In this document: positions 41,675 to 50,703 of the stretch, one piece after another | Layout: every line of letters starts with the position of its first letter | Position numbering within the stretch: position 1 is the first letter of the stretch | Assembly (NCBI GenBank): GCA_965199825.1 | Contig: OZ241329.1 | Span: 2,432,001-2,496,000, forward strand | Direction: 5' to 3' | Origin: Bdellovibrionales bacterium | GTDB lineage: Bacteria; Bdellovibrionota; Bdellovibrionia; Bdellovibrionales; UBA1609 | DNA: 64,000 nucleotides | Made by a program: the position numbers and the translations under genes | Notes under the pieces: generated by a model | The model's input: only the letters and a program-made list of their open reading frames with translations | Database searches by the model: none | Told to the model about the DNA's origin: nothing

Positions 41675-42528
41675 TTTTGAGTTGATTGATTCAAGTCAAT
41701 TCCCTCAGCTGCAAGAATTAAGTCCATACCGAAGTCGCTTTTTCTTTTGATGCTCGAATTCCACGGCGGCGCGACAATCCGCTTTTGATCAGCATCAACA
41801 AACCCGAAAGTCACCAACCCAAAAACCTGGGCGGCCTCGGGCGTTGACTCGAATTGTTTTGTTCTTTGATTATACGCAATCGGAACTCCATTTTCGGTGA
41901 CGAGCACCTTAAAAACAACGGCATCGAGCCCCGATTTTGGAATCACAATCCAATAGTGATCAAAGGCCTCAACTTTGGCTTTTCCAAAACCCGGAATAAT
42001 GATATCAACTAAACACTTTTTAGTTGAAAGCTGGATATCTAAAAAATAAATCGATTCGGACTCTGCCATTCGCTCAAGTTTAATTTTATCACCTGAGTAG
42101 GGTGGGTTATCGTGGTGGTGATCCCAGGAGTCTGTGCCTTCACGAGCAGAAATATTAAGTTGAGTTTGATTGGGAGTGTGAGTGACTAAGTAATGATAAT
42201 ACTCGGTTCGAAATTCTATCAAAAAACGCGAAGCCTCTAGGGGCTTGGTCTTTGAGTGCAAAAGATAATGAAACAGAATATCGCCTAATCCCTCACCTTT
42301 CGTGATAACTTTTTGTTGAGCCAAAATTTGAGACCGCTGGATCAATTGGTGGCTACTCAGAAGTTCGTTGCATATTCCTTCAAATAACCAATGCCTCGCC
42401 TTAGTATTAACAAATAGTTGGTCTAAAAATTCGGGTGGTTCGGGTCTTGCCAAACACAGTGACGTATACAAACAAAAAAAAGTTGTTATCCCAATCGAAC
42501 CGATCGTCTTTAAAAAATGATATGGCAT
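41671..42528 (-). CDS. Secreted hypothetical protein
   Basis: GGGAG RBS, signal peptide, 285 aa. Confidence 0.7.
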   Translation of the reverse strand: MPYHFLKTIGSIGITTFFCLYTSLCLARPEPPEFLDQLFVNTKARHWLFEGICNELLSSHQLIQRSQILAQQKVITKGEGLGDILFHYLLHSKTKPLEASRFLIEFRTEYYHYLVTHTPNQTQLNISAREGTDSWDHHHDNPPYSGDKIKLERMAESESIYFLDIQLSTKKCLVDIIIPGFGKAKVEAFDHYWIVIPKSGLDAVVFKVLVTENGVPIAYNQRTKQFESTPEAAQVFGLVTFGFVDADQKRIVAPPWNSSIKRKSDFGMDLILAAEGIDLNQSTQK

Positions 42529-42767
42529 TTGCTCTCCCTTATTTAGCCAGCCTTAAAATTTGTCATAGGACAAAACCTTTTATTAAGCTCATTATCCCCA
42601 AAACATAGAAGCGTGGAACCAAACTTGGAACTACTCGATCAGAAATCAAAAATCTAGGTAGAATGAATATTTGTGACCGAAGAAGAACAACTGCCCCTTT
42701 CAAAATAGGTGGTAATAGAAAAAATTTTAACATTTCAATGTTCGAATAGAGTAAAGGTCTGCGACTG

Positions 42768-43604
42768 ATGTTGAACTTAAAAATCCTTAATCTCATTTTA
42801 ATTATTTGTTGCTCAGCCTCTCCATTTGCTGGCCCGACCAAAATCAAACAGGGAGAAATTTACGCTTACAAGTTTTTCCGCCAAGCGGCTAGGAATCTTA
42901 AAAATTTGGACGATGGACAAAACACATTGTTTATTTCGATTGGCGCCTCCCCTCTTTCAATTGCCGCAGCAGTAGAGGCAGCTTCTTTGTCTGAACAAGT
43001 TATTCGCATACCTCTTTCTGAGGTTTGGGATGCAAGCCGATCTGCAAAAATTGAATCCATCAATGGTGACCGGGAGCGATGGCTCATGGCCTATTTTGAT
43101 TATTTTTTGAATTCTGCTTTAAAACTGCGACCGACCCGGATCTTGATTTTCGATTACGCTCAAACCGGCGGAACAATCCCTCTGATTAAAGATTATTTTC
43201 AACATTACTTTAACAAATCGGGAATCAATTCTGATTCAATAAAAGTTGCAGGATTTTGTGGAGAAGGCGTTCCCTATGATGAATTTGTTGAACGCTGGAC
43301 CACAGAAAAGATCGGGAGGATAGAAATTCCATTGGTGTTAAACTCCTTGTTGTCTTCAAGACACTTCTCACGGTGTCGCACTCATCTCAGATTTCCACTA
43401 TTTGACTGGTTCAAATGGTCAGCCCAACACCAAAATTTAAATGAAGCGGAATACCGTAATGAACTCGCTTTAAAAATTAAGTCTCAAGAATTAAAAAATG
43501 GTTACGCAGAACTGGTGGAACAAATTAAAACTCGAGCTGACCCTTGTGTGCGTCAGCTCAACGTCACTCACACAAATGCAGAAGATATTATTTTTGATTT
43601 TTGA
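42768..43604 (+). CDS. Secreted protein with PRTase-like motifs
   Basis: Signal ending PFA; FISIGASP; ILIFDYAQTGGT. Confidence 0.55.
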   Translation: MLNLKILNLILIICCSASPFAGPTKIKQGEIYAYKFFRQAARNLKNLDDGQNTLFISIGASPLSIAAAVEAASLSEQVIRIPLSEVWDASRSAKIESINGDRERWLMAYFDYFLNSALKLRPTRILIFDYAQTGGTIPLIKDYFQHYFNKSGINSDSIKVAGFCGEGVPYDEFVERWTTEKIGRIEIPLVLNSLLSSRHFSRCRTHLRFPLFDWFKWSAQHQNLNEAEYRNELALKIKSQELKNGYAELVEQIKTRADPCVRQLNVTHTNAEDIIFDF

Positions 43605-43705
43605 CCTAAGACTAACTTGATACTTGGTAGACTATCTTCATGTCCATATCCAGTTAAAAACAATATTATTTGTTTATCTTATAAATTTGCAGTAATGGCT
43701 TTATC

Positions 43706-44437
43706 ATGAAAATTCTATTGGTATTTTTTGTGTTTCCAGCTTTCGCCCAAAATGAGTATTGTCTCTCACTTTTGCAGAATCCAGATGGTTATTATCATAT
43801 TCAAGATAATTTTATGACCCAGGTGGGAGCGGATGAAGCAAAAGAAAAATTTGGAAAACTATCGCCAGCAACTCTTCGTAGAATCGAAAGCTATGTCGAT
43901 ATTTTTGGTAAAAACCCACATCTACTTTCGAGCATCAAACGAGGTCTTTCTACGTTTCCTTCATTGAGCAAAAGCAATTCGAGATTCGCAATCCATATGT
44001 TGTCTCTGAAAAGTCAATGGCCAATGTCATCCGCAATCGTGGTAGGAGATTTAGCATTGCTCTATTATTTGTACAGCTTGCCTCCTAACAACGATTTTTT
44101 TATTTTGTTGTCCACATACCCTGTTGCCTTCGTCAATATTACCTACGCGGGAATGTCCGTGGGAAATTATCGTATGAACTCCAAATCAATCAACCGGCTC
44201 TGGCCGATATTTGAATTTGTAAATGATCATCAACATGAATTTGAAGCCTTCGACATTCAAATTCCAAGATTGCCATTTGCAGAAAATTTGTGGCGCTCAA
44301 AAAGCCCATTTGAGCGATTGCGAAGCCGGCGAATATTTATCTCTCAGGTTAGAAATCACAATCCAGAATTACTTCAGCTAATTCAGGAAATTGCTTTTCT
44401 TGATATTGCTGCGGCAATTGCTACCCCGACTGATTAA
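43706..44437 (+). CDS. Secreted/membrane hypothetical protein
   Basis: Signal ending AFA; two central hydrophobic segments; degraded paralog at 38486. Confidence 0.75.
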   Translation: MKILLVFFVFPAFAQNEYCLSLLQNPDGYYHIQDNFMTQVGADEAKEKFGKLSPATLRRIESYVDIFGKNPHLLSSIKRGLSTFPSLSKSNSRFAIHMLSLKSQWPMSSAIVVGDLALLYYLYSLPPNNDFFILLSTYPVAFVNITYAGMSVGNYRMNSKSINRLWPIFEFVNDHQHEFEAFDIQIPRLPFAENLWRSKSPFERLRSRRIFISQVRNHNPELLQLIQEIAFLDIAAAIATPTD

Positions 44438-44621
44438 AATGGCAGAGCCTTATAGTAAATCGCAGATCAAAACCGGACCGTTCGTTCAGGCTGTAGATAT
44501 AAGGAACTGACTTGAATTTTTCGATTTGCAGCTTAGACGAAACAATCGGTTACCAAAATAAAAAAATACTTTTCGATTTCAATCCAGTGAGTACAATTAA
44601 AAGCAATTCTGGAGACTCAAC

Positions 44622-44957
44622 ATGAAATCGTTTTACACAATTGCTCTGTTAATTGCTTCGAACTGCTTTATGACAATGGCGTGGTATGGACATCTCAAAT
44701 TTAAATCGGCGCCCCTTTGGCTTGTCATTTTGCTCAGTTGGGGTTTGGCCTTATTTGAATATGTTTTGCAAGTGCCGGCAAACCGGATGGGCTCTGATAT
44801 TTTTTCGACCTTTCAACTTAAAATTTTGCAAGAGGCTATTACCCTTGTGGTCTTTGTTTTGTTTGTCGCAATTTATTTTGGTGAGGGTTTAAATCTTCGC
44901 TACGGCATTTCGTTTGGTCTCATATTTGCTGCTGTGGCGGTCGCTTTTTATAAGTAA
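44622..44957 (+). CDS. DMT-family (DUF486-like) small membrane protein
   Basis: SNCFMTMAWYGHLK, SWGLALFEYVLQVPANRMG, QLKILQEAITL. Confidence 0.9.
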   Translation: MKSFYTIALLIASNCFMTMAWYGHLKFKSAPLWLVILLSWGLALFEYVLQVPANRMGSDIFSTFQLKILQEAITLVVFVLFVAIYFGEGLNLRYGISFGLIFAAVAVAFYK

Positions 44958-45004
44958 ATCACTCTGCAGTTGCGAAAATAAAATACTCAGTGATATTTCG
45001 AACT

Positions 45005-45802
45005 ATGTTCAAAATCATTTTTTTTATAATTTTAAAGGCGCAAGCCCTTGAACTGAGCCCCAGTGACATCAATGCCTTTTTTCAGATTGGACGTAGTCCA
45101 AATTTAGCTGAACTTTATCAAACAGCAGCGCGAACTTTTCCGGAATTAAAAATTGTGGTTTTGGGAGAACACCCTCAATGGTGGGATCGTCAAATCAGCA
45201 AAAAAGATTATGAGAATTTTAAAACCAGTTCTGACCTTATTATCAATTATCTACCTGCCTTTTCAAATGATTCGCCCATGACTCTTCGTGAGCATCCACG
45301 AATAGTCATCTCGTCTGCTGCCGACAGGGCCGATGCCCTTTTTTTGATTCTCAACTATCTGGTTGATCGCAATCGATCAGCTCGCGTTCCGGATCATAGA
45401 GCAATTTCATACTTTGATTTTTTAAGGGAGCAATTCGCAGATAAAATCGCGGCCGAACCTGATTACAAAAACAAATTTATGGTTTGGACCGAAGAGGTTT
45501 TTACCGCTGCGGATCTCACTCTCTTGAGTAAAGCCGAAATCAGTCTTTTTTTGATAGAAAATCGAGACGTCTTAAAGCTTTCGTTAGCCGAAATATTAGT
45601 CCAAAAGGCGGTGGCCAAAGATTATGTCAGAAAGTTTCAAGAGAGAATCATCAAACATTTTGATTCTCTAGATAAACGATATATTCCAAGCCCTGTTTAT
45701 CTGATGTACTTTAAACAGTGGATTAAAATATCAAGGCTCGATAAACAGATAAAAAAGATCGATCGGGCCAACGCCTGTTCAATTTATCTCAAAGACTTAT
45801 GA
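45005..45802 (+). CDS. Secreted paralog of the 40856-41674 zincin-like protein, lacking HExxH
   Basis: Colinear similarity (GEHPQWWDR/GENPIWRDK; YLVDRNR/YLVDRFR; ISYFD/ISYAD; AEISLFLIEN/AEIVLFISEN). Confidence 0.75.
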   Translation: MFKIIFFIILKAQALELSPSDINAFFQIGRSPNLAELYQTAARTFPELKIVVLGEHPQWWDRQISKKDYENFKTSSDLIINYLPAFSNDSPMTLREHPRIVISSAADRADALFLILNYLVDRNRSARVPDHRAISYFDFLREQFADKIAAEPDYKNKFMVWTEEVFTAADLTLLSKAEISLFLIENRDVLKLSLAEILVQKAVAKDYVRKFQERIIKHFDSLDKRYIPSPVYLMYFKQWIKISRLDKQIKKIDRANACSIYLKDL

Positions 45803-46455
45803 ATATAACTCAATATCGCCAACACAAACTAGAACTCTTAAAGCTAGAGCCGCGCTTTCGTCAAATTTGTGGGCGGTGCCGCCAGCCCGATTTTAGTTGT
45901 TTTTGCGAGTGGGTAAAGCCCTTTGAATCTGATATCGAATTTATTATTTTGATCCATCCGATTGAGTATCGTCGGCGGATTGCTACAGGGCGTTTGTCGC
46001 ATATGATTTTAAAAAATTCGCGGCTGATCATGGGTGAGGTGTTTGGCTTTAACAGCGAAGTCAGTGATTTGATCCGAAAAAAGCCCGAGGACTGCTTGTT
46101 GCTTTATCCGGGACGGCAATCCCTCAACCTAACAGATTATAGCTTTGAAGAGCGCAACAAGATGTTACCCCACAATAAAAAGATTTTTGTGATCGACGGC
46201 ACCTGGGGGACCGCAAAAAAAATGGTCAATCAAAGTCCTGAGCTTTCAAAACTCAAACGGATTTGTTTTACACCGCCAACACCTTCAAACTTCCAAGTGC
46301 GCAAACAGCCCCGTCCCAATTGCTACTCGACCATTGAGGCGATCCACCACACCCTTGAGCTCTTAGCCCCAGAACAAGATCAATCGCATCACAATCTGAG
46401 AGAGGCCTTTGAAAATATGGTGCGGCGACAACTGGACCTTAAGTACAAGGCTTAG
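45799..46455 (+). CDS. DTW-domain tRNA-uridine aminocarboxypropyltransferase (TapT/YfiP-like)
   Basis: CGRC...CFC; HPIE; TGRL; LLYP; VIDGTW; STIEA. Confidence 0.9.
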   Translation: MNITQYRQHKLELLKLEPRFRQICGRCRQPDFSCFCEWVKPFESDIEFIILIHPIEYRRRIATGRLSHMILKNSRLIMGEVFGFNSEVSDLIRKKPEDCLLLYPGRQSLNLTDYSFEERNKMLPHNKKIFVIDGTWGTAKKMVNQSPELSKLKRICFTPPTPSNFQVRKQPRPNCYSTIEAIHHTLELLAPEQDQSHHNLREAFENMVRRQLDLKYKA

Positions 46456-46697
46456 TTTTTGTTCTTTGCTTTTTGTACGCAAGATTCGATCAATTGCTTT
46501 CTGGTTTCGACAAACAACTGTGATTTACTTTTATTATTTATGATTTTGGTTTGGGCTGCCGCATTGATCATTTCGGGAGTGATTTCGCTATTGCACTTTT
46601 GCTCAGCCTTGACCGGATCAAATTGAGGTTCGCTTGAATTTCCAAAAGGTAATGCGACTGCAGTTGTCGCCACCAAAAAAACCAGTGTTCTAATCAT
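46452..46697 (-). CDS. Small secreted protein with two Cys
   Basis: AAGGAGG RBS; signal peptide. Confidence 0.7.
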   Translation of the reverse strand: MIRTLVFLVATTAVALPFGNSSEPQFDPVKAEQKCNSEITPEMINAAAQTKIINNKSKSQLFVETRKQLIESCVQKAKNKN

Positions 46698-46821
46698 ACA
46701 CCCTCCTTAGACTTTTGATGGTAAACGACGTTGATGAACGAAGGTATCGCTGATTCAGATGCGCGTTAGACCTATCGAACTTCTCACTCCAAAGAGTAGG
46801 CTTTAACAAAGAGGGATATCT

Positions 46822-49041
46822 ATGCTGATCAGCTCGTTACTTTTGCTTCTCACTTTCGCAAACGCCGAACTTAAAGATCAAAAAGGCCCAAGCCCAAAAC
46901 CTGGACAAGAAAACTTTGAATATGTTTTTGGCCGCCCTGTTCGTGAAGACGAAATGACCTACAATAAATATCGAAAACTTCATATGGATCGCACCGCAAA
47001 AAAATTAGGCGTCTCGCCTGAGGTCATCGGTGACGGAATGGATACGTGGCATTGGTGGGTAGGAGTGGACAACCCAGGATTTTGGACCGATCTCGCACAA
47101 CTCTCCCAAAGCTCACACAATTTCACAAATCTTCGGATCGACCTTTTAAGACTTTTAATGGTTGTTCCGCGCAGCGAGCGATTTTCAAAACTAGGAATCA
47201 TTAATGACCCTGATACGGTTGCTGCAGATAAACCAGATCAGTTTGGTTTAAAACTCGATCGTATGAAGGATGGAACTCTTCAGTGGGATCCTGAAAAGTT
47301 TGGCTATTCCAGTGGCGTCATTGGAGTGCAACTCTTTAAGAATGAAAAATTTGATCCCAAAAATTGGTCGGCCGAAGAATATATTAATGGCGGCAAAAAA
47401 ATGGAAGCCCCTTACAAAGTGGGTATGGCCTGCGTGTTTTGCCATGTGAGCTTTAACCCACTCAATCCCCCAGTTAATTTGAGCGAACCCAAATGGGAAA
47501 ATATCACATCGACCTTTGGTAATCAGTATCTGCGCGAGGGACTCGCCTTTGGATTCAATCAACCCGATAATTCAATTGTCTCTCACTACTTAAGAACTCA
47601 AGAACCAGGCACCAGTGAGACTTCGCGCTTTCCCACCGACTCAATCAATAATCCCACAAACATCAATGCAATCCTTCGTTTGGGTGATCGCTTAAAAGTT
47701 GCCCATGTGGAAAAAATCACCAAAGCTCAAGCGGCACTGATCAAATCAATGTATAAAAATGCGGGCCTTCCTTTAGATTCGGTAGCGGGTGTACTTGGCG
47801 GTACCGATGAAAATCCAACCCTCAAAGTCCCCCATGTTTTAACCGACGGCGCAGATTCAATGGGTCTTTTGATGGCTTCGGTCAGGGTCTATGTGAACGA
47901 AGGTATGATGCACGCCGATTGGTATTCGACCTGGCCAGTGAATCTGTTTGATCTAAAATCAAGTTTGCGTCGTGGGTTTAAACCGCAAGAATTTGATATC
48001 ATGAATAAAGAAAGAAAAGATCCCAACAGCCCCTGGATGCAGACCGAACGCCGAATGCCCAACATGGCGACCTTTTTAATGTCTTATGATTCGTTCCCGC
48101 TCAAAGATGCGCCCGGCGGATTATCTTACCTAAAAAGTGATGAGCATATTTTGGGCGAAGGAAAGCGAGTGTTTGCCGACAACTGTGCAAGTTGCCACTC
48201 AAGTAAAACACCGCATTCAAATCACCCTGATCAAAAGCGGGCTTGGCGCGAGTTGGTCAATCAACCCGATTTTTTACGAGATAATTATTTATCCGATGAT
48301 GCTCGTCACTCAGTAGAAGAGATCGGGACAAATGTTCAGCGCGCCATGGGATCAAACGCGATGGCGGGATCCACATGGGGTCAGATGTCGAGTCAAACCT
48401 ACAAGGAAGAACGTACGCCGATGATCACCCTCAAAAATTTGTATAACCCTCTGACCGAAAAGTTTGATTTGCAGTATAAGGGACACCAAGCTTTTTATCG
48501 CACTCCGACCTTGGTGAGCATATGGGCCTCGGCTCCTTATTTTCATAATAACTCGTTAGGAAAATACACCGGCGATCCTTCCGTGAAAGGACGAATGGAG
48601 GCTTATCAAGATGCGGCTGAAAAATTGTTGTGGCCCGAAAAACGCGAAGGCATACGCTCAGTCAAACGCACAACCCAAAAAACCAGTCTCCCCGATATTT
48701 TTCCCGGATTGAAAGAGCATTTAAGATCTTTTGATGCCATGACTCTCGAAATCTTTGAATTGCCCGCGGGCACTCCAGTCAATCTGTTGATGAATTTTAA
48801 TCCAAAACATGTGGGTTCTGTTTTAGAGGCTTATGTCAAAGGTGTGGTGGGTGGAAAATCAAAGAGCGAATTTAAAAGCCTAATTAATCGACGTCGAGAA
48901 GCCGGTATCGAAGCCGCTAAGAATAAACTCTTAGAACTCAACACATGTCCCGATTTTATCGAAGACAAAGGTCACACCTTTGGATCCGATCTCAGTGATA
49001 AAGAGAAATTTGCACTCATTGAATATATGAAACACTTTTAG
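46822..49041 (+). CDS. Secreted diheme c-type cytochrome, RoxA/MauG/bCcP superfamily
   Basis: Signal peptide; CVFCH and CASCH; YRTPTLVSIWASAPYFHNNS; C-terminal GHTFG...ALIEYMK. Confidence 0.85.
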   Translation: MLISSLLLLLTFANAELKDQKGPSPKPGQENFEYVFGRPVREDEMTYNKYRKLHMDRTAKKLGVSPEVIGDGMDTWHWWVGVDNPGFWTDLAQLSQSSHNFTNLRIDLLRLLMVVPRSERFSKLGIINDPDTVAADKPDQFGLKLDRMKDGTLQWDPEKFGYSSGVIGVQLFKNEKFDPKNWSAEEYINGGKKMEAPYKVGMACVFCHVSFNPLNPPVNLSEPKWENITSTFGNQYLREGLAFGFNQPDNSIVSHYLRTQEPGTSETSRFPTDSINNPTNINAILRLGDRLKVAHVEKITKAQAALIKSMYKNAGLPLDSVAGVLGGTDENPTLKVPHVLTDGADSMGLLMASVRVYVNEGMMHADWYSTWPVNLFDLKSSLRRGFKPQEFDIMNKERKDPNSPWMQTERRMPNMATFLMSYDSFPLKDAPGGLSYLKSDEHILGEGKRVFADNCASCHSSKTPHSNHPDQKRAWRELVNQPDFLRDNYLSDDARHSVEEIGTNVQRAMGSNAMAGSTWGQMSSQTYKEERTPMITLKNLYNPLTEKFDLQYKGHQAFYRTPTLVSIWASAPYFHNNSLGKYTGDPSVKGRMEAYQDAAEKLLWPEKREGIRSVKRTTQKTSLPDIFPGLKEHLRSFDAMTLEIFELPAGTPVNLLMNFNPKHVGSVLEAYVKGVVGGKSKSEFKSLINRRREAGIEAAKNKLLELNTCPDFIEDKGHTFGSDLSDKEKFALIEYMKHF

Positions 49042-49051
49042 GAGAACTCAA

Positions 49052-49348
49052 ATGATTTGGCTTTTGTTCATCACATCTCTTTATGCAGAAACACATAAGA
49101 TAAACATGAAGAGTTTAAGTTTTGATCCAAATAAAATAGAACTTAAAATCGGCGATGCGGTTGAGTGGATCAATCAATCCTTTACCGAACATTCTGCAAC
49201 AAGCGCTGATAAAAAATTTGATACTGGATTAATCAAGCCTAAAAAATCATCGCAAAAGATTTCATTCCGTGAGCCCGGCACCTATGTTTACCAATGTGCA
49301 GTTCATGGCAAAACAATGAGCGGAGAGATTACGGTTAGCGCCCGATGA
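49052..49348 (+). CDS. Type-1 blue copper protein (amicyanin/plastocyanin-like)
   Basis: FDP..I.LK.GD.VEW.N; EHSAT; YQCAVHGKTM gives H,C,H,M ligands. Confidence 0.92.
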   Translation: MIWLLFITSLYAETHKINMKSLSFDPNKIELKIGDAVEWINQSFTEHSATSADKKFDTGLIKPKKSSQKISFREPGTYVYQCAVHGKTMSGEITVSAR

Positions 49349-50703
49349 ATGAGATTTATAACAAACTCAAAAACGGATTAAATAATAATGAGCGCGGCTA
49401 CGAGTGGCGCGTCGATCAGCTCCAAAAACTTAAAATTTTGCTCACCGACAATGATCAACAGCTCTGCGAAGCTTTATGGAAAGATTTAAAAAAAAGCACT
49501 TTCGAATGCCAGGCCACCGAACAAGGTGTGGTGCTTGGAGAAATTGACGATTGCTTAAAGCATTTAAAAAAATGGATGAGGCCCCAAAAAGTCTCAACTC
49601 CACTCTATAATTTACCCGGATGGACCCACATCTCCTATGAGCCCTATGGGTTAGCTCTGATTATCGGAGCTTGGAATTATCCCATCAACCTGACACTTGC
49701 ACCTCTTGTGGGCGCAATTGCCGGCGGCAACGGTGCGATCATTAAGCCCTCAGAAATTTCGCAAAATACCGCCAAACTTTTAAGTGAACTGTTGCCCAGA
49801 TATCTCGATCCAGATTTATTTGCGGTGATCGAAGGTGGCGCTAAAGAAACCGATCAGCTTCTTGATTTTCAGTTCGACACCATTTTTTTTACCGGAAGTG
49901 GGCCGGTTGGAAAATTAATTTTGCAAAAGGCTGCGGTTCATCTCACACCAACCACACTTGAGCTTGGCGGAAAATCTCCTGCAATTGTTTTAGAGGATGC
50001 CGATCTCGAGGTCACCGCACGGAGACTCACCTGGGGAAAATTTTTAAATGCGGGCCAAACTTGCGTTGCTCCTGATTATATTCTTTGTCACAAAAGTATA
50101 AAATCGAAACTGATCGATCACCTGCGTGCGACCATCACCTCTTTTTATGGAACTGATGCAGCACTCAGTCCTGATTACTGCCGCATTATTAACCCTAAAA
50201 ATTTTGATCGACTAAAAAATCTTTCAGATGGAAACCGAATTCTTTTTGGCGGTGATTTTCGAAAACAGGATCTGTATATCTCACCGACTCTGATTGAGGG
50301 AAAGCTCGACTCTGCTCTTATGGCTGAGGAAATTTTTGGGCCACTGCTACCGATCATAGAATTCGAAAATTTAAACGAAGCTATCCAAATTATAAACTCG
50401 AAACCAAAACCGCTCAGTCTTTATCTCTTTACCAAAATGACAGATGCGATCAAAAATGTTGAGGCCAAAACTTCATCAGGCGCACTTGTGATCAATGATG
50501 TGGTGGTTCATATGCCAATGCCGAGTTTGCCATTTGGCGGAGTGGGAGCAAGCGGCATGGGTCATTATCACGGCGAATACAGTTTTAAAACATTCACCCA
50601 CGCAAAAGGGGTTTTGAGAAAATCCTATTGGTTTGATGTGCCCTTAAGATATCCTCCATATACAAAAAATAAAGCTCGAATCCTCAATTGGCTGTTTCGA
50701 TAA
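49345..50703 (+). CDS. Class-3 (fatty/coniferyl-type) aldehyde dehydrogenase
   Basis: AWNYP, KPSE, FTGS, LELGGKSP, NAGQTCVAPDY, EEIFGP, PFGGVGASGMGHYHG. Confidence 0.93.
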   Translation: MNEIYNKLKNGLNNNERGYEWRVDQLQKLKILLTDNDQQLCEALWKDLKKSTFECQATEQGVVLGEIDDCLKHLKKWMRPQKVSTPLYNLPGWTHISYEPYGLALIIGAWNYPINLTLAPLVGAIAGGNGAIIKPSEISQNTAKLLSELLPRYLDPDLFAVIEGGAKETDQLLDFQFDTIFFTGSGPVGKLILQKAAVHLTPTTLELGGKSPAIVLEDADLEVTARRLTWGKFLNAGQTCVAPDYILCHKSIKSKLIDHLRATITSFYGTDAALSPDYCRIINPKNFDRLKNLSDGNRILFGGDFRKQDLYISPTLIEGKLDSALMAEEIFGPLLPIIEFENLNEAIQIINSKPKPLSLYLFTKMTDAIKNVEAKTSSGALVINDVVVHMPMPSLPFGGVGASGMGHYHGEYSFKTFTHAKGVLRKSYWFDVPLRYPPYTKNKARILNWLFR

